From NCBI GenBank assembly GCA_964016885.1, contig OZ024741.1, positions 402,504,001-402,568,000 on the forward strand: a stretch of 64,000 bases of DNA, in the 5' to 3' direction. The notes beneath the pieces are model-generated. The model was not told the DNA's origin, searched no databases, and saw only the letters and a program-made list of their open reading frames with translations. Source of the stretch: Eledone cirrhosa (Eukaryota). Position numbers and translations under genes: made by a program. Of this stretch, positions 28,555 through 43,700 are shown piece by piece (the first letter of the stretch is position 1; every line of letters starts with the position of its first letter).

Positions 28555-31500
28555 GTGTTCAGCTTTTACACCTCCCTTCTGATTACTGAGTTGAAGACAG
28601 TGTGTTTAGCTTTTACACCTCCCTCCCTACTTCTGATTACTGAGTTGAAGACAGTGTGTTTAGCTTTTACACCTCCCTCTCTACTTCTGATTACTGAGTT
28701 GAAGACAGTGTGTTTAGCTTTTACACCTCCCTCCCTTCTTCTGATTACTGAGTTGAAGACAGTGTGTTTAGCTTTTACACCTCCCACCCTACTTCTGATT
28801 ACTGAGTTGAAGACAGTGTGTTTAGCTTTTACACCTCCCTCCCTTCTTCTGATTACTGAGTTGAAGTCAGTGTGTTTAGCTTTTACACCTCCCACCCTTC
28901 TTCTGATTACTGAGTTGAAGACAGTGTGTTTAGCTGTTACACCTCCCTCCCTTCTTCTGATTACTGAGTTGAAGACAGTGTGTTTAGCTTTTACACCTCC
29001 CTCCCTTCTTCTGATTGCTGAGTTGAAGACAGTGTGTTTATCTTTTACACCTCCCTCCCTTCTTCTGATTACTGAGTTGAAAACAGTGTGTTTAGCATTT
29101 ACACCTCCCTCCCTTCTTCTGATTACTGAGTTGAAGACAGTGTGTTTAGCTTTTACACCTCCCTCCCTTCTTCTGATTACTGCGTTGAAGACAGTGTGTT
29201 TAGTTTTACACCTCCCTCCCTTCTTCTGATTACTGAGTTGAAGACAGTGTGTTTAGCTTTTACACCTCCCTCCCTCCTTCTGATTACTGAGTTGAAGACA
29301 GTGTGTTTAGCTTTTACACCTCCCTCCCTTCTGATTACTGAGTTGAAGACAGTGTGTTTAGCTTTTACACCTCCCTCCCTTCTTCTGATTACTGAGTTGA
29401 AGACAGTGTGTTTAGCTTTTACACCTCCCTCCCTTCTTCTGATTACTGAGTTGAAGACAGTGTATTTAGCTTTTACACCTCCCTCCCTACTTCTGATTGC
29501 TGAGTTGAAGACAGTGTGTTTAGCTTTTACACCTCCCTCCCTTCTTCTGATTACTGAGTTGAAGACAGTGTGTTTAGCTTTTACACCTCCCTCCCTTCTT
29601 CTGATTACTCAGTTGAAGACAGTGTGTTTAGCTTTTACACCTCCCTCCCTTCTTCTGATTACTCAGTTGAAGACAGTGTGTTTAGCTTTTACACCTCCCT
29701 CCCTTCTTCTGATTACTCAGTTGAAGACAGTGTGTTTAGCTTTTACACCTCCCTCCCTTTTTCTGATTACTCAGTTGAAGACAGTGTGTTTAGCTTTTAC
29801 ACCTCCCTCCCTTCTTCTGATTACTCAGTTGAAGACAGTGTGTTTAGCTTTTACACCTCCCTCCGTTCTTCTGATTACTGAGTTGAAGACAGTGTGTTTA
29901 GCTTTTACACCTCCCTCCCTTCTGATCACTGAGTTGAAGAGAGTGTGTTTAGCTTTTACACCACCCTCCCTTCTGATTACTGAGTTGAAGACAGTGTGTT
30001 TAGCTTTTACACCTCCCTCCCTTCTTCTGATTACTGAGTTGAAGACAGTGTGTTTAGCTTTTACACCTCCCTCCCTTCTTCTGATTACTGAGTTGAAGAC
30101 AGTGTGTTTAGCTTTTACACCTCCCTCCCTTCTTCTGATTACTGAGTTGAAGACAGTGTGTTTAGCTTTTACACCTCCCTCCCTTCTGATCACTGAGTTG
30201 AAGACAGTGTGTTTAGCTTTTACACCTCCCTCCCTTCTGATTACTGAGTTGAAGACAGTGAGTTTATCTTTTACACCTCCCTCCCATCTTCTGATTACTG
30301 AGTTGAAGACAGTGTGTTTAGCTTTTACACCTCCCTCCCTTCTTCTGAATACTGAGTTGAAGACTGTGTGTTTAGCTTTTACACCTCCCTCCCTTCTTCT
30401 GATTACTGAGTTGATGACTGTGTTTAGCTTTTACACCTCCCTCCCTACTTCTAATTACTGAGTTGAAGACAGTGTGTTTAGCTTTTACACCTCCCTCCCT
30501 TCTTCTGATTACTGAGTTGAAGACAGTGTGTTTAGCTTTTACACCTCCCTCCCTTCTTCTGATTACTGAGTTGAAGACAGTGTGTTTAGCTGTTACACCT
30601 CCCTCGCTTCTTCTGATTACTGAGTTGAAGACAGTGTGTTTAGCTTTTACACCTCCCTCCCTTCTTCTGATTACTGAGTTGAAGACAGTGTGTTTAGCTT
30701 TTACACCTCCCTCCCTTCTTCTGATTACTGAGTTGAAGACAGTGTGTTTAGCTGTTACACCTCCCTCGCTTCTTCTGATTACTGAGTTGAAGACAGTGTG
30801 TTTAGCTTTTACACCTCCCTCCCTTCTTCTGATTACTGAGTTGAAGACAGTGTGTTTAGCTTTTACACCTCCCTCCCTTCTTCTGATTACTGAGTTGAAG
30901 ACAGTGTGTTTAGCTTTTACACCTCCCTCCCTTCTTCTGATTACTGAGTTGAAGACAGTGTGTTTAGCTTTTACAACTCCCGCCCTTCTTCTGATTACTG
31001 AGTTGAAGACAGTGTGTTTAGCTTTTACACCTCCCTCCCTTCTTCTGATTACTGAGTTGAAGACAGTGTGTTTAGCTTTTACACCTCCCTCCCTTCTTCT
31101 GATTACTGAGTTGAAGACAGTGTGTTTAGCTTTTACACCTCCCTCCCTTCTTCTGATTACTGAGTTGAAGACAGTGTGTTTAGCTTTTACAACTCCCGCC
31201 CTTCTTCTGATTACTGAGTTGAAGACAGTGTGTTTAGCTTTTACACCTACCTCCCTTCTTCTGATTACTGAGTTGAAGACAGTGTGTTCAGCTTTTACAC
31301 CTCCCTTCTGATTACTGAGTTGAAGACAGTGTGTTTAGCTTTTACACCTCCCTCCCTACTTCTGATTACTGAGTTGAAGACAGTGTGTTTAGCTTTTACA
31401 CCTCCCTCCCTTCTTCTGATTACTGAGTTGAAGACAGTGTGTTTAGCTTTTACACCTCCCACCCTACTTCTGATTACTGAGTTGAAGACAGTGTGTTTAG

Positions 31501-32329
31501 CTTTTACACCTCCCTCCCTTCTTCTGATTACTGAGTTGAAGAGAGTGTGTTTAGCTTTTACACCTCCCTCCCTTCTTCTGATTGCTGAGTTGAAGACAGT
31601 GTGTTTATCTTTTACACCTCCCTCCCTTCTTCTGATTACTGAGTTGAAAACAGTGTGTTTAGCATTTACACCTCCCTCCCTTCTTCTGATTACTGAGTTG
31701 AAGACAGTGTGTTTAGCTTTTACACCTCCCTCCCTTCTTCTGATTACTGCGTTGAAGACAGTGTGTTTAGCTTTTACACCTCCCTCCCTTCTTCTGATTA
31801 CTGAGTTGAAGACAGTGTGTTTAGCTTTTACACCTCCCTCCCTCCTTCTGATTACTGAGTTGAAGACAGTGTGTTTAGCTTTTACACCTCCCTCCCTTCT
31901 GATTACTGAGTTGAAGACAGTGTGTTTAGCTTTTACACCTCCCTCCCTTCTTCTGATTACTGAGTTGAAGACAGTGTGTTTAGCTTTTACACCTCCCTCC
32001 CTTCTTCTGATTACTGAGTTGAAGACAGTGTATTTAGCTTTTACACCTCCCTCCCTACTTCTGATTGCTGAGTTGAAGACAGTGTGTTTAGCTTTTACAC
32101 CTCCCTCCCTTCTTCTGATTACTGAGTTGAAGACAGTGTGTTTAGCTTTTACACCTCCCTCCCTTCTTCTGATTACTCAGTTGAAGACAGTGTGTTTAGC
32201 TTTTACACCTCCCTCCCTTCTTCTGATTACTCAGTTGAAGACAGTGTGTTTAGCTTTTACACCTCCCTCCCTTCTTCTGATTACTCAGTTGAAGACAGTG
32301 TGTTTAGCTTTTACACCTCCCTCCCTTTT

Positions 32330-35300
32330 TCTGATTACTCAGTTGAAGACAGTGTGTTTAGCTTTTACACCTCCCTCCCTTCTTCTGATTACTCAGTTGA
32401 AGACAGTGTGTTTAGCTTTTACACCTCCCTCCCTTCTTCTGATTACTGAGTTGAAGACAGTGTGTTTAGCTTTTACACCTCCCTCCCTTCTTCTGATTAC
32501 TGAGTTGAAGACAGTGTGTTTAGCTTTTACACCTCCCTCCCTTCTGATCACTGAGTTGAAGAGAGTGTGTTTAGCTTTTACACCACCCTCCCTTCTGATT
32601 ACTGAGTTGAAGACAGTGTGTTTAGCTTTTACACCTCCCTCCCTTCTTCTGATTACTGAGTTGAAGACAGTGTGTTTAGCTTTTACACCTCCCTCCCTTC
32701 TTCTGATTACTGAGTTGAAGACAGTGTGTTTAGCTTTTACACCTCCCTCCCTTCTTCTGATTACTGAGTTGAAGACAGTGTGTTTAGCTTTTACACCTCC
32801 CTCCCTTCTGATCACTGAGTTGAAGACAGTGTGTTTAGCTTTTACACCTCCCTCCCTTCTTCTGATTACTGAGTTGAAGACAGTGAGTTTATCTTTTACA
32901 CCTCCCTCCCATCTTCTGATTACTGAGTTGAAGACAGTGTGTTTAGCTTTTACACCTCCCTCCCTTCTTCTGAATACTGAGTTGAAGACTGTGTGTTTAG
33001 CTTTTACACCTCCCTCCCTTCTTCTGATTACTGAGTTGATGACTGTGTTTAGCTTTTACACCTCCCTCCCTACTTCTAATTACTGAGTTGAAGACAGTGT
33101 GTTTAGCTTTTACACCTCCCTCCCTTCTTCTGATTACTGAGTTGAAGACAGTGTGTTTAGCTTTTACACCTCCCTCCCTTCTTCTGATTACTGAGTTGAA
33201 GACAGTGTGTTTAGCTGTTACACCTCCCTCGCTTCTTCTGATTACTGAGTTGAAGACAGTGTGTTTAGCTTTTACACCTCCCTCCCTTCTTCTGATTACT
33301 GAGTTGAAGACAGTGTGTTTAGCTTTTACACCTCCCTCCCTTCTTCTGATTACTGAGTTGAAGACAGTGTGTTTAGCTTTTACAACTCCCGCCCTTCTTC
33401 TGATTACTGAGTTGAAGACAGTGTGTTTAGCTTTTACACCTCCCTCCCTTCTTCTGATTACTGAGTTGAAGACAGTGTGTTTAGCTTTTACACCTCCCTC
33501 CCTTCTTCTGATTACTGAGTTGAAGACAGTGTGTTTAGCTTTTACAACTCCCGCCCTTCTTCTGATTACTGAGTTGAAGACAGTGTGTTTAGCTTTTACA
33601 CCTCCCTCCCTTCTTCTGATTACTGAGTTGAAGACAGTGTGTTTAGCTTTTACAACTCCCGCCCTTCTTCTGATTACTGAGTTGAAGACAGTGTGTTTAG
33701 CTTTTACACCTCCCTCCCTTCTTCTGATTACTGAGTTGAAGACAGTGAGTTTAGCTTTTACACCTCCCTCCCTTCTTCTGATTACTGAGTTGAAGACAGT
33801 GTGTTCAGCTTTTACACCTCCCTTCTTCTGATTACTGAGTTGAAGACAGTGTGTTTAGCTTTTACACCTCCCTCCCTTCTTCTGATTACTGAGTTGAAGA
33901 CAGTGTGTTTAGCTTTTACAACTCCCGCCCTTCTTCTGATTACTGAGTTGAAGACAGTGTGTTTAGCTTTTACACCTCCCTCCCTTCTTCTGATTACTGA
34001 GTTGAAGACAGTGTGTTCAGCTTTTACACCTCCCTTCTGATTACTGAGTTGAAGACAGTGTGTTTAGCTTTTACACCTCCCTCAATACTTCTGATTACTG
34101 AGTTGAAGACAGTGTGTTTAGCTTTTACACCTCCCTCTCTACTTCTGATTACTGAGTTGAAGACAGTGTGTTTAGCTTTTACACCTCCCTCCCTTCTGAT
34201 TACTGAGTTGAAGACAGTGTGTTTAGCTTTTAAACCTCCCTCCCTTCTTCTGATTACTGAGTTGAAGACAGTGTGTTTAGCTTTTACACCTCCCTCCCTT
34301 CTTCTGATTACTGAGTTGAAGACAGTGTGTTTAGCTGTTACACCTCCCTCGCTTCTTCTGATTACTGAGTTGAAGACAGTGTGTTTAGCTTTTACACCTC
34401 CCTCCCTTCTTCTGATTACTGAGTTGAAGACAGTGTGTTTAGCTTTTACACCTCCCTCCCTTCTTCTGATTACTGAGTTGAAGACAGTGTGTTTAGCTTT
34501 TACAACTCCCGCCCTTCTTCTGATTACTGAGTTGAAGACAGTGTGTTTAGCTTTTACACCTCCCTCCCTTCTTCTGATTACTGAGTTGAAGACAGTGTGT
34601 TTAGCTTTTACACCTCCCTCCCTTCTTCTGATTACTGAGTTGAAGACAGTGTGTTCAGCTTTTACACCTCCCTTCTGATTACTGAGTTGAAGACAGTGTG
34701 TTTAGCTTTTACACCTCCCTCCCTACTTCTGATTACTGAGTTGAAGACAGTGTGTTTAGCTTTTACACCTCCCTCTCTACTTCTGATTACTGAGTTGAAG
34801 ACAGTGTGTTTAGCTTTTACACCTCCCTCTCTACTTCTGATTACTGAGTTGAAGACAGTGTGTTTAGCTTTTACACCTCCCTCCCTTCTTCTGATTACTG
34901 AGTTGAAGACAGTGTGTTTAGCTTTTACACCTCCCACCCTATTTCTGATTACTGAGTTGAAGACAGTGTGTTTAGCTTTTACACCTCCCTCCCTTCTTCT
35001 GATTACTGAGTTGAAGTCAGTGTGTTTAGCTTTTACACCTCCCACCCTTCTTCTGATTACTGAGTTGAAGACAGTGTGTTTAGCTGTTACACCTCCCTCC
35101 CTTCTTCTGATTACTGAGTTGAAGACAGTGTGTTTAGCTTTTACACCACCCTCCCTTCTTCTGATTGCTGAGTTGAAGACAGTGTGTTTATCTTTTACAC
35201 CTCCCTCCCTTCTTCTGATTACTGAGTTGAAAACAGTGTGTTTAGCATTTACACCTCCCTCCCTACTTCTGATTACTGAGTTGAAGACAGTGTGTTTAGC

Positions 35301-38300
35301 TTTTACACCTCCCTCCCTTCTTCTGATTACTGAGTTGAAGACAGTGTATTTAGCTTTTACACCTCCCTCCCTACTTCTGATTGCTGAGTTGAAGACAGTG
35401 TGTTTAGCTTTTACACCTCCCTCCCTTCTTCTGATTACTCAGTTGAAGACAGTGTGTTTAGCTTTTACACCTCCCTCCCTTCTTCTGATTACTCAGTTGA
35501 AGACAGTGTGTTTAGCTTTTACACCTCCCTCCCTTCTTCTGATTACTCAGTTGAAGACAGTGTGTTTAGCTTTTACACCTCCCTCCCTTTTTCTGATTAC
35601 TCAGTTGAAGACAGTGTGTTTAGCTTTTACACCTCCCTCCCTTCTTCTGATTACTGAGTTGATGACAGTGTGTTTAGCTTTTACACCTCCCTCCCTTCTT
35701 CTGATTACTGAGTTGAAGACAGTGTGTTTAGCTTTTACACCTCCCTCCCTTCTGATCACTGAGTTGAAGAGAGTGTGTTTAGCTTTTACACCACCCTCCC
35801 TTCTGATTACTGAGTTGAAGACAGTGTGTTTAGCTTTTACACCTCCCTCCCTTCTTCTGATTACTGAGTTGAAGACAGTGTGTTTAGCTTTTACACCTCC
35901 CTCCCTTCTTCTGATTACTGAGTTGAAGACAGTGTGTTTAGCTTTTACACCTCCCTCCCTTCTTCTGATTACTGAGTTGAAGACAGTGTGTTTAGCTTTT
36001 ACACCTCCCTCCCCTCTGATCACTGAGTTGAAGACAGTGTGTTTAGCTTTTACACCTCCCTCCCTTCTTCTGATTACTGAGTTGAAGACAGTGAGTTTAT
36101 CTTTTACACCTCCCTCCCATCTTCTGATAACTGAGTTGAAGACAGTGTGTTTAGCTTTTACACCTCCCTCCCTTCTTCTGAATACTGAGTTGAAGACTGT
36201 GTGTTTAGCTTTTACACCTCCCTCCCTTCTTCTGATTACTGAGTTGATGACTGTGTTTAGCTTTTACACCTCCCTCCTTACTTCTAATTACTGAGTTGAA
36301 GACAGTGTGTTTAGCTTTTACACCTCCCTCCCTTCTTCTGATTACTGAGTTGAAGACAGTGTGTTTAGCTTTTACACCTCCCTCCCTTTTTCTGATTACT
36401 CAGTTGAAGACAGTGTGTTTAGCTTTTACACCTCCCTCCCTTCTTCTGATTACTCAGTTGAAGACAGTGTGTTTAGCTTTTACACCTCCCTCCCTTCTTC
36501 TGATTACTGAGTTGAAGACAGTGTGTTTAGCTTTTACACCTCCCTCCCTTCTTCTGATTACTGAGTTGAAGACAGTGTGTTTAGCTTTTACACCTCCCTC
36601 CCTTCTGATCACTGAGTTGAAGAGAGTGTGTTTAGCTTTTACACCACCCTCCCTTCTGATTACTGAGTTGAAGACAGTGTGTTTAGCTTTTACACCTCCC
36701 TCCCTTCTTCTGATTACTGAGTTGAAGACAGTGTGTTTAGCTTTTACACCTCCCTCCCTTCTTCTGATTACTGAGTTGAAGACAGTGTGTTTAGCTTTTA
36801 CACCTCCCTCCCTTCTTCTGATTACTGAGTTGAAGACAGTGTGTTTAGCTTTTACACCTCCCTCCCTTCTGATCACTGAGTTGAAGACAGTGTGTTTAGC
36901 TTTTACACCTCCCTCCCTTCTTCTGATTACTGAGTTGAAGACAGTGAGTTTATCTTTTACACCTCCCTCCCATCTTCTGATTACTGAGTTGAAGACAGTG
37001 TGTTTAGCTTTTACACCTCCCTCCCTTCTTCTGAATACTGAGTTGAAGACTGTGTGTTTAGCTTTTACACCTCCCTCCCTTCTTCTGATTACTGAGTTGA
37101 TGACTGTGTTTAGCTTTTACACCTCCCTCCCTACTTCTAATTACTGAGTTGAAGACAGTGTGTTTAGCTTTTACACCTCCCTCCCTTCTTCTGATTACTG
37201 AGTTGAAGACAGTGTGTTTAGCTTTTACACCTCCCTCCCTTCTTCTGATTACTGAGTTGAAGACAGTGTGTTTAGCTGTTACACCTCCCTCGCTTCTTCT
37301 GATTACTGAGTTGAAGACAGTGTGTTTAGCTTTTACACCTCCCTCCCTTCTTCTGATTACTGAGTTGAAGACAGTGTGTTTAGCTTTTACACCTCCCTCC
37401 CTTCTTCTGATTACTGAGTTGAAGACAGTGTGTTTAGCTTTTACAACTCCCGCCCTTCTTCTGATTACTGAGTTGAAGACAGTGTGTTTAGCTTTTACAC
37501 CTCCCTCCCTTCTTCTGATTACTGAGTTGAAGACAGTGTGTTTAGCTTTTACACCTCCCTCCCTTCTTCTGATTACTGAGTTGAAGACAGTGTGTTTAGC
37601 TTTTACAACTCCCGCCCTTCTTCTGATTACTGAGTTGAAGACAGTGTGTTTAGCTTTTACACCTCCCTCCCTTCTTCTGATTACTGAGTTGAAGACAGTG
37701 TGTTTAGCTTTTACAACTCCCTCCCTTCTTCTGATTACTGAGTTGAAGACAGTGAGTTTAGCTTTTACACCTCCCTCCCTACTTCTAATTACTGAGTTGA
37801 AGACAGTGTGTTTAGCTTTTACACCTCCCTCCCTTCTTCTGATTACTGAGTTGAAGACAGTGTGTTTAGCTTTTACACCTCCCTCCCTTCTTCTGATTAC
37901 TGAGTTGAAGACAGTGTGTTTAGCTTTTACAACTCCCGCCCTTCTTCTGATTACTGAGTTGAAGACAGTGTGTTTAGCTTTTACACCTCCCTCCCTTCTT
38001 CTGATTACTGAGTTGAAGACAGTGTGTTTAGCTTTTACACCTCCCTCCCTTCTTCTGATTACTGAGTTGAAGACAGTGAGTTTAGCTTTTACACCTCCCT
38101 CCCTTCTTCTGATTACTGAGTTGAAGACAGTGTGTTCAGCTTTTACACCTCCCTTCTTCTGATTACTGAGTTGAAGACAGTGTGTTTAGCTTTTACACCT
38201 CCCTCCCTTCTTCTGATTACTGAGTTGAAGACAGTGTGTTTAGCTTTTACAACTCCCGCCCTTCTTCTGATTACTGAGTTGAAGACAGTGTGTTTAGCTT

Positions 38301-40790
38301 TTACACCTCCCTCCCTTCTTCTGATTACTGAGTTGAAGACAGTGTGTTCAGCTTTTACACCTCCCTTCTGATTACTGAGTTGAAGACAGTGTGTTTAGCT
38401 TTTACACCTCCCTCAATACTTCTGATTACTGAGTTGAAGACAGTGTGTTTAGCTTTTACACCTCCCTCTCTACTTCTGATTACTGAGTTGAAGACAGTGT
38501 GTTTAGCTTTTACACCTCCCTCCCTTCTGATTACTGAGTTGAAGACAGTGTGTTTAGCTTTTAAACCTCCCTCCCTTCTTCTGATTACTGAGTTGAAGAC
38601 AGTGTGTTTAGCTTTTACACCTCCCTCCCTTCTTCTGATTACTGAGTTGAAGACAGTGTGTTTAGCTGTTACACCTCCCTCGCTTCTTCTGATTACTGAG
38701 TTGAAGACAGTGTGTTTAGCTTTTACACCTCCCTCCCTTCTTCTGATTACTGAGTTGAAGACAGTGTGTTTAGCTTTTACACCTCCCTCCCTTCTTCTGA
38801 TTACTGAGTTGAAGACAGTGTGTTTAGCTTTTACAACTCCCGCCCTTCTTCTGATTACTGAGTTGAAGACAGTGTGTTTAGCTTTTACACCTCCCTCCCT
38901 TCTTCTGATTACTGAGTTGAAGACAGTGTGTTTAGCTTTTACACCTCCCTCCCTTCTTCTGATTACTGAGTTGAAGACAGTGTGTTCAGCTTTTACACCT
39001 CCCTTCTGATTACTGAGTTGAAGACAGTGTGTTTAGCTTTTACACCTCCCTCCCTACTTCTGATTACTGAGTTGAAGACAGTGTGTTTAGCTTTTACACC
39101 TCCCTCTCTACTTCTGATTACTGAGTTGAAGACAGTGTGTTTAGCTTTTACACCTCCCTCTCTACTTCTGATTACTGAGTTGAAGACAGTGTGTTTAGCT
39201 TTTACACCTCCCTCCCTTCTTCTGATTACTGAGTTGAAGACAGTGTGTTTAGCTTTTACACCTCCCACCCTATTTCTGATTACTGAGTTGAAGACAGTGT
39301 GTTTAGCTTTTACACCTCCCTCCCTTCTTCTGATTACTGAGTTGAAGTCAGTGTGTTTAGCTTTTACACCTCCCACCCTTCTTCTGATTACTGAGTTGAA
39401 GACAGTGTGTTTAGCTGTTACACCTCCCTCCCTTCTTCTGATTACTGAGTTGAAGACAGTGTGTTTAGCTTTTACACCACCCTCCCTTCTTCTGATTGCT
39501 GAGTTGAAGACAGTGTGTTTATCTTTTACACCTCCCTCCCTTCTTCTGATTACTGAGTTGAAAACAGTGTGTTTAGCATTTACACCTCCCTCCCTACTTC
39601 TGATTACTGAGTTGAAGACAGTGTGTTTAGCTTTTACACCTCCCTCCCTTCTTCTGATTACTGAGTTGAAGACAGTGTATTTAGCTTTTACACCTCCCTC
39701 CCTACTTCTGATTGCTGAGTTGAAGACAGTGTGTTTAGCTTTTACACCTCCCTCCCTTCTTCTGATTACTGAGTTGAAGACAGTGTGTTTAGCTTTTACA
39801 CATCCCTCCCTTCTTCTGATTACTCAGTTGAAGACAGTGTGTTTAGCTTTTACACCTCCCTCCCTTCTTCTGATTACTCAGTTGAAAACAGTGTGTTTAG
39901 CTTTTACACCTCCCTCCCTTCTTCTGATTACTCAGTTGAAGACAGTGTGTTTAGCTTTTACACCTCCCTCCCTTTTTCTGATTACTCAGTTGAAGACAGT
40001 GTGTTTAGCTTTTACACCTCCCTCCCTTCTTCTGATTACTCAGTTGAAGACAGTGTGTTTAGCTTTTACACCTCCCTCCCTTCTTCTGATTACTGAGTTG
40101 ATGACAGTGTGTTTAGCTTTTACACCTCCCTCCCTTCTTCTGATTACTGAGTTGAAGACAGTGTGTTTAGCTTTTACACCTCCCTCCCTTCTGATCACTG
40201 AGTTGAAGAGAGTGTGTTTAGCTTTTACACCACCCTCCCTTCTGATTACTGAGTTGAAGACAGTGTGTTTAGCTTTTACACCTCCCTCCCTTCTTCTGAT
40301 TAGTGAGTTGAAGACAGTGTGTTTAGCTTTTACACCTCCCTCCCTTCTTCTGATTACTGAGTTGAAGACAGTGTGTTTAGCTTTTACACCTCCCTCCCTT
40401 CTTCTGATTACTGAGTTGAAGACAGTGTGTTTAGCTTTTACACCTCCCTCCCTTCTGATCACTGAGTTGAAGACAGTGTGTTTAGCTTTTACACATCCCT
40501 CCCTTCTTCTGATTACTGAGTTGAAGACAGTGAGTTTATCTTTTACACCTCCCTCCCATCTTCTGATAACTGAGTTGAAGACAGTGTGTTTAGCTTTTAC
40601 ACCTCCCTCCCTTCTTCTGAATACTGAGTTGAAGACTGTGTGTTTTGCTTTTACACCTCCCTCCCTTCTTCTGATTACTGAGTTGATGACTGTGTTTAGC
40701 TTTTACACCTCCCTCCTTATTTCTAATTACTGAGTTGAAGACAGTGTGTTTAGCTTTTACACCTCCCTCCCTTCTTCTGATTACTGAGTT
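32330..40790. repeat. Imperfect tandem duplication, period 4061-4439 bp (core offset 4331)
   Basis: ORF pairs 33088/37149 (4061), 33801/38132, 34013/38344 and 34651/38982 (4331), and 35601/40040 (4439). Private variant CTCAATACTT at about 34081/38412. Confidence 0.82.
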
Positions 40791-43700
40791 GAAGACAGTG
40801 TGTTTAGCTTTTACACCTCCCTCCCTTCTTCTGATTACTGAGTTGAAGACAGTGTGTTTAGCTGTTACACCTCCCTCGCTTCTTCTGATTACTGAGTTGA
40901 AGACAGTGTGTTTAGCTTTTACACCTCCCTCCCTTCTTCTGATTACTGAGTTGAAGACAGTGTGTTTAGCTTTTACACCTCCCTCCCTTCTTCTGATTAC
41001 TGAGTTGAAGACAGTGTGTTTAGCTTTTACAACTCCCGCCCTTCTTCTGATTACTGAGTTGAAGACAGTGTGTTTAGCTTTTACACCTCCCTCCCTTCTT
41101 CTGATTACTGAGTTGAAGACAGTGTGTTTAGCTTTTACACCTCCCTCCCTTCTTCTGATTACTGAGTTGAAGACAGTGTGTTTAGCTTTTACAACTCCCG
41201 CCCTTCTTCTGATTACTGAGTTGAAGACAGTGTGTTTAGCTTTTACACCTCCCTCCCTTCTTCTGATTACTGAGTTGAAGACAGTGTGTTTAGCTTTTAC
41301 AACTCCCGCCCTTCTTCTGATTACTGAGTTGAAGACAGTGTGTTTAGCTTTTACACCTCCCTCCCTTCTTCTGATTACTGAGTTGAAGACAGTGAGTTTA
41401 GCTTTTACACCTCCCTCCCTTCTTCTGATTACTGAGTTGAAACAGTGTGTTCAGCTTTTACACCTCCCTTCTTCTGATTACTGAGTTGAAGACAGTGTGT
41501 TTAGCTTTTACACCTCCCTCCCTTCTTCTGATTACTGAGTTGAAGACAGTGTGTTTAGCTTTTACAACTCCCGCCCTTCTTCTGATTACTGAGTTGAAGA
41601 CAGTGTGTTTAGCTTTTACACCTCCCTCCCTTCTTCTGATTACTGAGTTGAAGACAGTGTGTTCAGCTTTTACACCTCCCTTCTGATTACTGAGTTGAAG
41701 ACAGTGTGTTTAGCTTTTACACCTCCCTCCCTACTTCTGATTACTGAGTTGAAGACAGTGTGTTTAGCTTTTACACCTCCCTCTCTACTTCTGATTACTG
41801 AGTTGAAGACAGTGTGTTTAGCTTTTACACCTCCCTCCCTTCTGATTACTGAGTTGAAGACAGTGTGTTTAGCTTTTAAACCTCCCTCCCTTCTTCTGAT
41901 TACTGAGTTGAAGACAGTGTGTTTAGCTTTTACACCTCCCTCCCTTCTTCTGATTACTGAGTTGAAGACAGTGTGTTTAGCTGTTACACCTCCCTCGCTT
42001 CTTCTGATTACTGAGTTGAAGACAGTGTGTTTAGCTTTTACACCTCCCTCCCTTCTTCTGATTACTGAGTTGAAGACAGTGTGTTTAGCTTTTACACCTC
42101 CCTCCCTTCTTCTGATTACTGAGTTGAAGACAGTGTGTTTAGCTTTTACAACTCCCGCCCTTCTTCTGATTACTGAGTTGAAGACAGTGTGTTTAGCTTT
42201 TACACCTCCCTCCCTTCTTCTGATTACTGAGTTGAAGACAGTGTGTTTAGCTTTTACACCTCCCTCCCTTCTTCTGATTACTGAGTTGAAGACAGTGTGT
42301 TCAGCTTTTACACCTCCCTCCCTTCTGATTACTGAGTTGAAGACAGTGTGTTTAGCTTTTACACCTCCCTCCCTTCTTCTGATTACTGAGTTGAAGACAG
42401 TGTGTTTAGCTTTTACAACTCCCGCCCTTCTTCTGATTACTGAGTTGAAGACAGTGTGTTTAGCTTTTACACCTCCCTCCCTTCTTCTGATTACTGAGTT
42501 GAAGACAGTGTGTTTAGCTTTTACACCTCCCTCTCTACTTCTGATTACTGAGTTGAAGACAGTGTGTTTAGCTTTTACACCTCCCTTCTGATTACTGAGT
42601 TGAAGACAGTGTGTTTAGCTTTTACACCTCCCTCCCTACTTCTGATTACTGAGTTGAAGACAGTGTGTTTAGCTTTTACACCTCCCTCTCTACTTCTGAT
42701 TACTGAGTTGAAGACAGTGTGTTTAGCTTTTACACCTCCCTCCCTTCTTCTGATTACTGAGTTGAAGACAGTGTGTTTAGCTTTTACACCTCCCACCCTA
42801 TTTCTGATTACTGAGTTGAAGACAGTGTGTTTAGCTTTTACACCTCCCTCCCTTCTTCTGATTACTGAGTTGAAGTCAGTGTGTTTAGCTTTTACACCTC
42901 CCACCCTTCTTCTGATTACTGAGTTGAAGACAGTGTGTTTAGCTGTTACACCTCCCTCCCTTCTTCTGATTACTGAGTTGAAGACAGTGTGTTTAGCTTT
43001 TACACCTCCCTCCCTTCTTCTGATTGCTGAGTTGAAGACAGTGTGTTTATCTTTTACACCTCCCTCCCTTCTTCTGATTACTGAGTTGAAAACAGTGTGT
43101 TTAGCATTTACACCTCCCTCCCTTCTTCTGATTACTGAGTTGAAGACAGTGTGTTTAGCTTTTACACCTCCCTCCCTTCTTCTGATTACTGCGTTGAAGA
43201 CAGTGTGTTTAGCTTTTACACCTCCCTCCCTTCTTCTGATTACTGAGTTGAAGACAGTGTGTTTAGCATATACACCTCCCTCCCTCCTTCTGATTACTGA
43301 GTTGAAGACAGTGTGTTTAGCTTTTACACCTCCCTCCCTTCTGATTACTGAGTTGAAGACAGTGTGTTTAGCTTTTAAACCTCCCTCCCTTCTTCTGATT
43401 ACTGAGTTGAAGACAGTGTGTTTAGCTTTTACACCTCCCTCCCTTCTTCTGATTACTGAGTTGAAGACAGTGTGTTTAGCTTTTACACCTCCCTCCCTTC
43501 TTCTGATTACTGAGTTGAAGACAGTGTATTTAGCTTTTACACCTCCCTCCCTACTTCTGATTGCTGAGTTGAAGACAGTGTGTTTAGCTTTTACACCTCC
43601 CTCCCTTCTTCTGATTACTGAGTTGAAGACAGTGTATTTAGCTTTTACACCTCCCTCCCTACTTCTGATTGCTGAGTTGAAGACAGTGTGTTTAGCTTTT

